A model generated the notes under the pieces. That model did not search any database and was not told the origin of the DNA. It saw only the letters and a list, made by a program, of their open reading frames with translations. From positions 39,940,960 to 40,000,078 of the forward strand of contig NC_068993.1 of NCBI RefSeq assembly GCF_001194135.2: 59,119 nt of DNA, written 5' to 3'. The position numbers and the translations under genes were made by a program. Position 1 is the stretch's first letter; every line of letters begins with the position of its first letter. Positions 12,377 through 24,735 of the stretch are shown here, piece after piece. The DNA comes from Octopus bimaculoides (lineage: Eukaryota).

Positions 12377-13445
12377 TGATACAAAGATAGACAGAGACAG
12401 AGAGAGAGAGAGATGCTTAGATACATACACACATACATACATACATTCAAATACATATATACACACACACATACATACAGAGATGCACATACATATGTAC
12501 ATACATATATATATATATATATATANNNNNNNNNNNNNNNNNNNNNNNNNNNNNNNNNNNNNNNNNNNNNNNNNNNNNNNNNNNNNNNNNNNNNNNNNNN
12601 NNNNNNNNNNNNNNNNNNNNNNNNNNNNNNNNNNNNNNNNNNNNNNNNNNNNNNNNNNNNNNNNNNNNNNNNNNNNNNNNNNNNNNNNNNNNNNNNNNNN
12701 NNNNNNNNNNNNNNNNNNNNNNNNNNNNNNNNNNNNNNNNNNNNNNNNNNNNNNNNNNNNNNNNNNNNNNNNNNNNNNNNNNNNNNNNNNNNNNNNNNNN
12801 NNNNNNNNNNNNNNNNNNNNNNNNNNNNNNNNNNNNNNNNNNNNNNNNNNNNNNNNNNNNNNNNNNNNNNNNNNNNNNNNNNNNNNNNNNNNNNNNNNNN
12901 NNNNNNNNNNNNNNNNNNNNNNNNNNNNNNNNNNNNNNNNNNNNNNNNNNNNNNNNNNNNNNNNNNNNNNNNNNNNNNNNNNNNNNNNNNNNNNNNNNNN
13001 NNNNNNNNNNNNNNNNNNNNNNNNNNNNNNNNNNNNNNNNNNNNNNNNACATACATACATACATTCAAATACATATATACACACACATCTATTTTTTAAA
13101 AGCTTAAGTATTATCATGTGTGTCTTAATGAATATTTTTGTGCGAACAATTTCAATACATATATTTCAATTATATATGTTCCCTCTCTCTCTTCCTCCCG
13201 CATACACATATATTCATGTATATATATACAGGTATATGGATATCTCTACATATATGTATGTACACAGGATAACTCTCTCTCTCTCTCTTTCTCTCATCCA
13301 AATACACACACACACAAACATATATATGTATGTATTACTGTATTGTATTACTGTATTACTCAATTATCTTTGTTCGCACGGTTCTAGGAACGCATCTACC
13401 TACTTATATCAATCTCTCTATTTATCACATATATATATATATATA

Positions 13446-14410
13446 NNNNNNNNNNNNNNNNNNNNNNNNNNNNNNNNNNNNNNNNNNNNNNNNNNNNNNN
13501 NNNNNNNNNNNNNNNNNNNNNNNNNNNNNNNNNNNNNNNNNNNNNNNNNNNNNNNNNNNNNNNNNNNNNNNNNNNNNNNNNNNNNNNNNNNNNNNNNNNN
13601 NNNNNNNNNNNNNNNNNNNNNNNNNNNNNNNNNNNNNNNNNNNNNNNNNNNNNNNNNNNNNNNNNNNNNNNNNNNNNNNNNNNNNNNNNNNNNNNNNNNN
13701 NNNNNNNNNNNNNNNNNNNNNNNNNNNNNNNNNNNNNNNNNNNNNNNNNNNNNNNNNNNNNNNNNNNNNNNNNNNNNNNNNNNNNNNNNNNNNNNNNNNN
13801 NNNNNNNNNNNNNNNNNNNNNNNNNNNNNNNNNNNNNNNNNNNNNNNNNNNNNNNNNNNNNNNNNNNNNNNNNNNNNNNNNNNNNNNNNNNNNNNNNNNN
13901 NNNNNNNNNNNNNNNNNNNNNNNNNNNNNNNNNNNNNNNNNNNNNNNNNNNNNNNNNNNNNNNNNNNNNNNNNNNNNNNNNNNNNNNNNNNNNNNNNNNN
14001 NNNNNNNNNNNNNNNNNNNNNNNNNNNNNNNNNNNNNNNNNNNNNNNNNNNNNNNNNNNNNNNNNNNNNNNNNNNNNNNNNNNNNNNNNNNNNNNNNNNN
14101 NNNNNNNNNNNNNNNNNNNNNNNNNNNNNNNNNNNNNNNNNNNNNNNNNNNNNNNNNNNNNNNNNNNNNNNNNNNNNNNNNNNNNNNNNNNNNNNNNNNN
14201 NNNNNNNNNNNNNNNNNNNNNNNNNNNNNNNNNNNNNNNNNNNNNNNNNNNNNNNNNNNNNNNNNNNNNNNNNNNNNNNNNNNNNNNNNNNNNNNNNNNN
14301 NNNNNNNNNNNNNNNNNNNNNNNNNNNNNNNNNNNNNNNNNNNNNNNNNNNNNNNNNNNNNNNNNNNNNNNNNNNNNNNNNNNNNNNNNNNNNNNNNNNN
14401 NNNNNNNNNN
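13446..14410. other. Largest of 20 assembly gaps
   Basis: N run flanked by (TA)n. Confidence 0.99.
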
Positions 14411-16035
14411 ATATATACATACATATATATATATATATATGTACATATATACATATATGTAATACATTCATATATACAAACATACATATGTACTTATATA
14501 CATGCATACATACATGCATACATACATGCATACATACATGCATGCACACACGCACACGCATACATACATACATACATACATACACACAAACATACAAAAA
14601 TACATTCATACATACATACCTATATATCCACTTACATATCTTTATGAATATGTCATTGTAATTTTCTGGCTATGACTTAATATATCAAACGTTTGTACAA
14701 TAATTGTGCATTGATATTTCTGACCACCATTTACCAACCTAAGACAAACGGATAATTATGCAGCGTACATACAGATGCATATAAGTTAGAAATCCATCAT
14801 TGCACACATATAATGCATATATGTGCACATAAATTACATTCACACACGTACATACACACACACAGATATGCCTAATTTTATAAATACTTATCTATACATC
14901 CATATTTTTATATGCATGAATGCTTGTATAAATATACATGCATATATATATATAAATATAAATANNNNNNNNNNNNNNNNNNNNNNNNNNNNNNNNNNNN
15001 NNNNNNNNNNNNNNNNNNNNNNNNNNNNNNNNNNNNNNNNNNNNNNNNNNNNNNNNNNNNNNNNNNNNNNNNNNNNNNNNNNNNNNNNNNNNNNNNNNNN
15101 NNNNNNNNNNNNNNNNNNNNNNNNNNNNNNNNNNNNNNNNNNNNNNNNNNNNNNNNNNNNNNNNNNNNNNNNNNNNNNNNNNNNNNNNNNNNNNNNNNNN
15201 NNNNNNNNNNNNNNNNNNNNNNNNNNNNNNNNNNNNNNNNNNNNNNNNNNNNNNNNNNNNNNNNNNNNNNNNNNNNNNNNNNNNNNNNNNNNNNNNNNNN
15301 NNNNNNNNNNNNNNNNNNNNNNNNNNNNNNNNNNNNNNNNNNNNNNNNNNNNNNNNNNNNNNNNNNNNNNNNNNNNNNNNNNNNNNNNNNNNNNNNNNNN
15401 NNNNNNNNNNNNNNNNNNNNNNNNNNNNNNNNNNNNNNNNNNNNNNNNNNNNNNNNNNNNNNNNNNNNNNNNNNNNNNNNNNNNNNNNNNNNNNNNNNNN
15501 NNNNNNNNNNNNNNNNNNNNNNNNNNNNNNNNNTATATATATATATAAACTAGTACACATGCATGCGCGCGCACTCATCAACATTGCTTGGGTATTTGTT
15601 CAGCTAGACAACCGTATATATTCTTGAAGAGTTAGTTACATGTTTTGGTAATAGCCATTAAAGTAAAAGGTGCATAATTCAAGCTAAGTGTTGCCTTTAT
15701 AACAAAAGTATACTTCCCTTCGATGCAAGGAACTAAACACCGTATGTAGGAAAGAAGCATGTAAATAGAGAGAGGGGAAGGAGACAGACAGGCAGACAGA
15801 CAAATTGAGAGAGAGAGAGAGCTGTAATGGCACATCTGAACTATTTTTGAACATAAATATATGGAACTGTATGGAACGTAATGCTTAGCTTTTGGTGAGG
15901 GGGTGTAAGATATTACTATACTTCAACAGATATCTATTTCACATTTTGTGAAAAACGAAAAGCAAAGAGCTCAATAAATGTGAAAATAAGAAAATGATTT
16001 TTGCATAGTAATATAATCACACACACACACACACG

Positions 16036-16068
<33 letters not shown>

Positions 16069-16375
16069 NNNNNNNNNNNNNNNNNNNNNNNNNNNNNNNN
16101 NNNNNNNNNNNNNNNNNNNNNNNNNNNNNNNNNNNNNNNNNNNNNNNNNNNNNNNNNNNNNNNNNNNNNNNNNNNNNNNNNNNNNNNNNNNNNNNNNNNN
16201 NNNNNNNNNNNNNNNNNNNNNNNNNNNNNNNNNNNNNNNNNNNNNNNNNNNNNNNNNNNNNNNNNNNNNNNNNNNNNNNNNNNNNNNNNNNNNNNNNNAT
16301 ATATATATATATATATATATTTACATATATATGCACATGTATGTATGTCTATGTGTATATGTGTATGTGTGAGAA

Positions 16376-16406
<31 letters not shown>

Positions 16407-16445
16407 GAGAGAGAGACAGACAGACACAGAGAGAGACAGACAGAC

Positions 16446-16477
<32 letters not shown>

Positions 16478-16856
16478 TGAGAGAGACTCTGTGTGTGTGT
16501 GTGTGTGTGAGTGAGTTCGTAGGTGTGTGTGGGTGCCATTTCCAGCTGTCATTTGGTCAGATATAAATATGGACATGTGACACCTTCATTAGCGTACTGC
16601 AGATAGAATATGGCTGGAAAGCTTCCTGAAGTTGCAACACAGGAAAATCGCAAAGAAAAGTACGTGATAGTTATCTCCATGCAGCCAATAAACAATCAGA
16701 GAGAGACATACAGACACGCAGAAAGAGAGATTCGCATAGACAGACACAGAGAGACTGACACACAGAGATAGACACAGGGAGACAGACAGACAGATACAGA
16801 CAGACAAACTGACAGTCATACGTAGAAAGGTCGATACACATATAAATAAATATGTC

Positions 16857-16924
<68 letters not shown>

Positions 16925-16925
<1 letters not shown>

Positions 16926-17472
16926 GCGGTTCGATGAGCAGTTCGGAGGTAGACGTCAAGGTCAGGAAGGCACAAGCATATACAGCTTGTCACAAACTAA
17001 AGGTCTGGAACTCCAATTTGCCCACGCAAATCAAAATCAAGGCGTTTATTGCAACTGTTGATTCAGTGTTATATGCCAGTGGGACATTGACACTGACAAA
17101 GAAATTATCAAACGGGTTAAACGGATGCCACACAAGGATGTAACGAATGGATCTACATGTACAACGGCAACAAACTATGACAAATAAATACCTTTATGGA
17201 GATATGCTGAAAGTAATCGAGAAGATGGCTGCGACTATCTGGTCACTGCGGGTACCACCTTGAGATAGAAGCATCCAAATTAGTCTCGTGGAACCCACTT
17301 CATAATGATGTAAAAAGAATAAAACATCGTCAAACTTATATCAACAACTTGATTGCAGACTCCGGCCTGGAATGTATCCAGGAACTCGAAGCAGAGATGA
17401 TGGTCTGAGAAGTGTGGCAGGCAGTCTTTGTTGCTGCGGTCCAGGTTGGAACCCGGCCATAATAATAATAAA
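16925..17472 (+). mobile_element. RTE-type non-LTR retrotransposon, 3' fragment (C-terminus downstream of the RT core), decayed
   Basis: Broken frames read DVKVRKAQAY...VWNSNL...FIATVDSVLY...TLT...GCHTRM*RM...TNKYLYG / RWLRLSGHC...ASKLVSWNPLH...TYINNL. This matches the RTE/RTE-X post-RT consensus as I know it. It ends in a (TAA)n tail. Confidence 0.85.
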
Positions 17473-17475
17473 ACT

Positions 17476-17513
<38 letters not shown>

Positions 17514-17765
17514 ATGGTTTATATTTGAGCTTTCAAGCAACAGGAAAGTATTCAATACATGTGGCTGAGTATGAAAGTTTTAATAGAAGCTGAAGGTTAT
17601 TGAATTGTAATATAAAGTTTCACGGGTACAAATTATTCAAGCAACTGAAACCCTGGTAATGCGCAATGCAGAATGCAAACTGAATAAACACAAACTTGCA
17701 TTGTATGTATTATTGTGTAAGTAGAATATATATTTGTATGTGTCTGTGCTGACGCATATACTTTT

Positions 17766-18370
17766 CTACTCTTTGTACAAGGCCGAAATTTTGGTGAAGG
17801 GTCCAGTCGATTACATCGAACCCAGTACGCAACTGGTACTTAATTTATCGACTCCGAAAAAATGAAAGACAAAGTCGACCTCAGCGGAATTTGAACTCAG
17901 AACACAAAGACAGAGAAATACCTATTTCGTTATTGCCCACAAGGGGCTAAACATAGAGGGAACAAACAAGAACAGACGAACGGATTAAGTCGATTACATC
18001 GACCCCAGTGCGTAACTGGTACTTAATTTATCGACTCCGAAAAAATGAAAGACAAAGTCGACCTCAGCGGAATTTGAACTCAGAACACAAAGACAGACGA
18101 AATACCGCTAAGAAATTCGCCCGGCGTGCTAACGTTTCTTATTTCTTTATTGGCCACAAGGGACTAAACATAGAGGGGACAAACAAGGACAGACAAACGG
18201 ATTAAGTCGATTATATCGAACCAGTGTGTAACTGGTACTTATTTAATCGACTCCGAAAGGATGAAAGGCAAAGTCGACCTCGGCGGAATTTGAACTCAGA
18301 ACACAAAGACAGACGAAATACCGCTAAGCATTTCATCCGGTGTGGTAACGTTTCTGCCAGCTCACCGCCA
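17766..18370 (-). mobile_element. Head-to-tail trimer of SINE family A
   Basis: Three copies: about 17766-17925 (tail 2), 17926-18136 (tail 1) and 18137-18370 (tail 1, full head). Confidence 0.9.
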
Positions 18371-18392
18371 TAGTGCTGACGCATATAGCTAA

Positions 18393-18464
18393 GAGAATGT
18401 AGCTCAGTGGCAGACCTTTCTCTTTGCATACGTAAATCCCCGAGTTCGAAACCTGGTATTACCA
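18393..18464 (+). pseudogene. tRNA-Ala(TGC)-like pseudogene or SINE head
   Basis: The 72-nt sequence GAGAATGTAGCTCAGTGGCAGA...TTTGCAT...CCGAGTTCGAAACCTGGTATTACCA aligns colinearly with eukaryotic tRNA-Ala(UGC). The acceptor, D and anticodon stems carry mismatches. Confidence 0.7.
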
Positions 18465-18735
18465 ATAAATGTATTTATTTATATACACATACATGCAACT
18501 CTGTGACTATACCAATATACATACATATAGATATACATTCATACATACATACATATAAATATATACATGCACACCTATATAGGCACCATATGTAGTCACA
18601 TACACGCATATATTTTTATATGTACACATACATATATGTCTTCATGTATGCGGGTTTATAATACATGCAAACACAAGCACATACGCCCCGCGCGCACACC
18701 CACCCACACACGCAAGCGCACACACATGTATGTAT

Positions 18736-18778
<43 letters not shown>

Positions 18779-19785
18779 CATACATACGTACAGAGAGAGA
18801 GAGAGATACACGTCTATACACACACTCGTATGTATGTAGTTATATATGCTTAAAGTAATTTAGAGAGCTTTGTAGTCCAGTATTATGTTCCGCTGATTAT
18901 ATGCGGAGTAACTTTAAGACAGGTATTTGTTTCGTAGCATAGAACTAAAAGCATTAAAAAAATAACACTTTGATTTCGAATAGTCTCCTTATCTTTGTTT
19001 TTCTTCTTTCCTTCGAACTTCTTGCCTGTTATCAATGAAATTATCACAGTTTCGAATTTCAAACGCCATCGGGAGGTCTTTCTCTTAAGACTGGTGATGG
19101 CTTTTTCTTTTTCCTTTTCCGTTTTTACTTTGGTTTATTTTCACGTGTGAAATGCCTAAGTGAAGAAAGACGTCTAGAGTTTGTCCGCCTTTTATGTATA
19201 TCCAAGTTTATTGTGAAAAATAAATAAGCTCTATTCGCTTTTGAAGATGCCTCCTTTGTAATCTAAACATATTCGGATGCATTTTTACTTTATTTTTTTC
19301 AAAACATACATGGGAATTTTAAATTGTTGACATATTATAACGACTTCGATATATCCGCAAATGAAGATGGCGTTTAGATAGAAAATAACTGACAGAGGAA
19401 TTAGCCACGGCAATAATTTGGCATGGTTTTTAGAATAAGACGACACAGATTTAATGGAATTTCTTAAAGAATTTAGGGACATATTTTATTGTTTTAATTG
19501 CTGCTTTATAGTTTAGGGTTCGGGTATAAAACCCGTTTGGCTATCCGAAACGGATTTGAACCATAAAATAGTTCTCGCGTATAAGATGAGGAAATATACC
19601 AATAAATACAGAAAAAAAACTTCTGCTTAAAATTTTGACCAACATAAAGGGCAACAGGAATCGTTATAAGAACGTTATTAACACTGAAATAAAGAAAAGG
19701 AATGCTAGATGACAGAAGTTGCTTAGTGAACGTAGTGGCGAAGGATTATTTATGTGTGAGACTATTTGTATATTTATTGTGTATT

Positions 19786-20154
19786 TGTTGTTGTTGGCAC
19801 TCCGTCGCTTACGACGTCGAGGGTTCCAGTTGATCCGATCAACGGAACAGCCTGCTCGTGAAATTAACGTGCAAGTGGCTGAGCACTCCACAGACACATG
19901 TACCCTTAACGTTGTTCTCGGGGATATTCAGCGTGACACAGAGTGACTCCTTTGAATTACAGGCACAGGAAGTAAAAGTGAGAGAAAGTTGTGGTGGAAG
20001 AGTACAGCAGGGTTCGCCACCATCCCCTGCCGGATCCTCGTAGAGCTTTAGGTGTTTTCGCTCAATAAACACTCACAACGCCCGGTCTGGGAATCGAAAC
20101 CGCGATCCTATGATCGCGAATCCGCTGCCCTAACCACTGGGCCATTGCGCCTCC
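19786..20154 (-). mobile_element. SINE family C (tRNA-Arg-like head), near full length
   Basis: The reverse strand starts GGAGGCGCAATGGCCCAGTGGTTAGGGCAGCGGATTCGCG...GTTTCGATTCC (A box, TCG anticodon position, B box). The body matches 29714-30023 and the tail is (CAA)n. Confidence 0.85.
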
Positions 20155-20643
20155 GTTTATTGTGTATAGTAACATATTATTTGAAGATTTAAGCGTTTTA
20201 AAGTTTGGAAGATTTGCTTAAAGAGAATTTTAAAATAAATCTGTTATTTTAGACAGAGATGAAGCAGCGAAGAAAAGTAGAGTAGTGTAGGAGATGGTCA
20301 ATCGATTAGAACAGATAAATAGAGAGAGTATCGAGAACAACAGGTTCGCGACGAATGGTCCTTCAGCAATTTCTCCATACCAAATATGAACGATACATTT
20401 TGGTGCAAAAGAACGTGGTCTGAAAAACAAGACAACGAAAGCCATTTGACAAATCTGAAGGAGGATACATTGTATGCCAACAGACACCAACAGTGCAGTT
20501 GTTTAACAGTTCATCGCAAGACGATAGGTGGTTATATATAATCAGTTTTTAATATTGTTTTTTACTGTGTTCGCTAAATATTTTGCCCAACTTACTAACG
20601 ATTCTACCTTCTCGCCGCCTTGTGTGTGTATATGTATATACGC

Positions 20644-20707
<64 letters not shown>

Positions 20708-21223
20708 NNNNNNNNNNNNNNNNNNNNNNNNNNNNNNNNNNNNNNNNNNNNNNNNNNNNNNNNNNNNNNNNNNNNNNNNNNNNNNNNNNNNNNNNNNNNN
20801 NNNNNNNNNNNNNNNNNNNNNNNNNNNNNNNNNNNNNNNNNNNNNNNNNNNNNNNNNNNNNNNNNNNNNNNNNNNNNNNNNNNNNNNNNNNNNNNNNNNN
20901 NNNNNNNNNNNNNNNNNNNNNNNNNNNNNNNNNNNNNNNNNNNNNNNNNNNNNNNNNNNNNNNNNNNNNNNNNNNNNNNNNNNNNNNNNNNNNNNNNNNN
21001 NNNNNNNNNNNNNNNNNNNNNNNNNNNNNNNNNNNNNNNNNNNNNNNNNNNNNNNNNNNNNNNNNNNNNNNNNNNNNNNNNNNNNNNNNNNNNNNNNNNN
21101 NNNNNNNNNNNNNNNNNNNNNNNNNNNNNNNNNNNNNNNNNNNNNNNNNNNNNNNNNNNNNNNNCTCTACACGTGCTATCTTTCGGGTGGACGTTTTGTG
21201 TTTTGTTCTGGAAATTATATTTT

Positions 21224-21311
21224 AAATCGACAGACTACGCTGATGATCCTGCAGATATTTACTTATGTAAATTTTAACAGGTGAAACCATGGTACGTAGG
21301 TTAATCGTTTT
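21224..21311 (+). ncRNA. Type I hammerhead ribozyme (minimal helix III, Penelope-like-element style), predicted cleavage after A21294
   Basis: Seen in sequence: CTACG(21235-39)-CTGATGA(21240-46)-T-CCTG...ATTTAC-TTAT-GTAAAT...CAGG-T-GAAA(21283-86)-C-CATG-GTA(21292-94)-CGTAG(21295-99). Helix I CTACG/CGTAG is perfect and extends outward with internal loops. Helix II has 4 bp, an internal loop and a 6-bp stem; helix III is the palindrome ACCATGGT. The only deviation is a U-U pair at 10.1/11.1. Confidence 0.8.
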
Positions 21312-22149
21312 TTTATTTAGTATTTTTTCATGTGTCTTGCCCTTTTACAGTCTGTTGTGTCGCTAAATTTTTACTGAGAACGTATTTTTCGTGGTTAGAT
21401 GATTCGGCATCTATTTCTAGCATATAGGAGTCCACTTTTGCTGGTCATTCCTCTTATTTTTGTATGTAATATAATTTTAATCTTCGGATTCTTTTAATAT
21501 GCTAGATCACTGGTTTTAATTGATTAATATCAATTTCTACCCTTATAAATAAATTATATATATATGTATATATATACGTCTGTGTGGGAGACTGTATGTG
21601 TGAGAATCTGTGTATGTATGTATCCGACCACTGAATACTGAAGGTCAGCCTAAGAGATTCGCATGTGAAGCCAACCATGAAGTACAGACCAGAGATACAA
21701 AAAATAGAAAACCCATCCCGTTTAAATGCCACCCAGTACTGTCAATCATAATTACGCGGTCTGACGAAAAACACCATGGGTCTATCAGTCCTCTACTAAA
21801 TTCAAACCACGACGAACAGAGAATATGGCCTTGAAGCCGACGATTTTAAACTAACGGAGAGAACACTTATATATCGCCTGAGGAAACACAACTAGATCTC
21901 ATCTGCAAACAAACAGTCGCATAACCAAATACCTATATTCTTGGGAAACTACGTTGCGTCGTAACAATTGTAGCGAATAATAAATAAATATCCAACCGTA
22001 CTCCTTCTTCTTCACTCTAATTTCTCCAATTATATATATATGCATGTGTGTGTGTGTGTGTGTGCGTATGTGTGTGGGTGTATGTGTGTGTGTGTCTGTG
22101 TGTGTGTTTGTAACAGCCTCTACCGCTTTACAACGAGTGCAGGTTTGTT

Positions 22150-22335
22150 TGCAGTTTCGTGACATAGTGGTTCGATAAAAGACACCCATAGAATATGGAC
22201 CAGGGTTAAAAAGGAATTACTGGGGTCAATTCATTCAACTAAAGACCCTTCATGTCGGTGCTTCAACATGACGTGTAATTTCGGGGGTATGGATTAAGTC
22301 GATTACATGGATCCCAGTGATCAAGTAGTACTTAT
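22150..22335. mobile_element. Decayed SINE B 3' part (+) joined to a SINE A fragment (-)
   Basis: tactggggtcaattcattcaactaaagaccctt...ggtgcttcaacatgac (B) followed by ggattaagtcgattacat (A, reverse). Confidence 0.55.
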
Positions 22336-22385
22336 ATATGTGTGTGTGTGTATGTGTGTGTGTGCGTGTGTGTGAACGTGCATGT

Positions 22386-22429
<44 letters not shown>

Positions 22430-22567
22430 GTGTGTGTGTTAAAGCATCTTTTTATGTCAGTTTATATATGAAAGCTATTTTACATTAATACGAAGGACTA
22501 CTCAATACATTTTATTAGAGTATATATTTGCTAATTCTCACAAGGGGAAGTTTGACATTGACTAATA

Positions 22568-22611
<44 letters not shown>

Positions 22612-22634
22612 NNNNNNNNNNACATTGACTAATA

Positions 22635-22695
<61 letters not shown>

Positions 22696-23394
22696 ATGAG
22701 TGCATTTTCAACATTTTTCCTTTATTTCAGACGTCAGGGAGGGAGATTAAGTTACTATTTCTAGCATGTTGAAATGACCACGTTGAGTAGAACCTCTGAT
22801 ATTGGGTCGTGAAGTTATTGTTGTACTTGTTAGTTGTGTTGTTGATATTGTTAGTTCTGTATTTGTTGATACCACACACATTTCCATCCTGTCCTTAATG
22901 GGAATTCCATGCAGCCCTATCCCAGACAAACAGGGTATATGGGTTTGTACGCATGTTTGTTCATTCCTACATCGGAAAAAAAAGAAAGCCACAGAAAAGT
23001 ATGGACACAGACCCACTCTTCCTTCTAAATCCATTAAAAAAAAAACACACATAAAATTCTGCTGATTTGACATTCTAGACCTTTTCTAAGCGTTACGTTT
23101 ATAGTTAGATAGTACTCAGCTATGTATAAACTACAAACTAACTACAGCTAGCTGGTATCCAGCTGGTAGTCACAAACATACATCATTATTATTTCTCCGG
23201 TGAGACCTAATGAAGCATCACTCTCACTACGATTTTTTAATTTTTCCTCCAGACAAGATCGAAATATAAAGCCAAACAGTAGAATATTTCCTAGCATCCT
23301 TTCCGTGAACTGTATAAAACTGACTAACCTACAGTCTTATGTATTTTCCTATTACACCAGCATTCTTTGTTTAGGCGGTAAATTAATAGGAACG

Positions 23395-23590
23395 CGTGAG
23401 TGATGGAGAGAATGGGTCGTGGTGTTGGATCTGGTTGTCTGTGTCGTAAGTTCGAATCCTGTTGAAGTCAAAATAACATTATATCTTGCGCAATATTTTT
23501 TCTGTCTTTCTTCACTTCGGGTTCAAATCCCATTGAGGTCAACTTTGTCTTTTATTCTTTTGGGGGTCGATAAAACAGTACAGTCCAGCG
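23395..23590 (+). mobile_element. Decayed SINE remnants (tRNA head with B box; family A centre)
   Basis: agttcgaatcc at about 23450, and gggttcaaatcccattgaggtcaactttgtc...gggggtcgataaaa. Confidence 0.55.
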
Positions 23591-24459
23591 CAGTGCATTG
23601 TTGGAACTTTGTGAAACTAGTACCGGATACTTTTGTTGGCAGTTTTTGTACCGGGTCTCGGTACTCTGGGCTTAAATACTACCAAGCTTTACTTAAATGA
23701 TAAACTTATTCCATCGTCTTGTTTTACACCACTACCTTGCACCTTCGGTACCTTTAGGAGAATCTACTCGTGTGTAAGCATTCATGTCAGCCTCTGACCT
23801 GATGTTACCTTTCCGTCTCCCTCCCACAAGCGCCGGAAGCCCCGTGAAGGCATGTAGGGTATGCCTCCCAACAGAATAAAAGAATTAATGATTAGATTCT
23901 AACCTGTTCAAAGCGATTATCAGAATATGATTTAAATACATATGCGTCTTGGTAAAGCATGAATGTCACAAATTTCTGAAACCTTTTATAAGTGACATAC
24001 TCACAGAAGGAAGAAACATCAAATTTGATACTTTTCAGACCTGGTCAGCGAGCATAGGAGGTGAGAGCGTTATATAGCGAACATTGGGGAAATTTTGCTT
24101 GAATGTCTGTAACAGAATTTACTCCGTTAAAGAAATCCAAAGACCAAAATGATGATTTTATGATGGAGACAGTTTCTTTCTAGAATAGTATAAATCGCTA
24201 TAAAAATTATTTACAAAAGTAACTATCCAGACGCTATAGTATAAGGAATTATTTAAACTCCAGGCATTACTGCAACCTAATTTCTATATATACTTGGATA
24301 TAAACCAATTGCTATACACACAGACACACAATAATTTCTATGCGTACAGATGGTATTCTAGCTCTATATAGACATAAATATATGAGTTTTATATTTAACA
24401 AAATGACTCCCAGTCAGAACTTCTATCCATAATTGTTCAGTTGTGAGAACAACTGAATC

Positions 24460-24735
24460 TCTATGCTCATTGAGTTAGAGTGTAGATGGCTGAGTATTCC
24501 AGAGACACGTGTAACGTCAACATAATTTTCGGCTTGGTGCATTGAGTGACAATGCTATACCTTTAAATTATAGGTTATAACTCTTCCGAAGGGCTTCCAT
24601 GTAGTTTCTGTATACCTGATTTTACTCACAAGTTTGGGTTGACCCGAGGAAGCAAAACATGGCACTTGCCTATGATGTCACACAGCGGAATCGAAAACTG
24701 GAATCTTATCATTGCGAAGTGAACTTCTCAACCCT
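24460..24735 (-). mobile_element. Decayed SINE C fragment followed by a decayed SINE B fragment
   Basis: ggctgagtattccagagacacgtgta (C-like), and ttttactcacaag...gcacttgccta...cacagcggaatcgaa (B-like). Confidence 0.5.

Noticed and set aside
12431-13088. 40-bp direct repeat at 12431-12470 and 13049-13088 across a gap
   Set aside because: Low-complexity sequence at contig ends; probably an assembly duplication.
12483-14462. 659-aa ORF and other long ORFs spanning N runs
   Set aside because: They are open only because Ns and (TA)/(CA)/(TG) repeats contain no stops.
22554-22680. Direct duplication acattgactaatatgtgtg either side of a 10-N gap
   Set aside because: Typical contig-overlap artefact.
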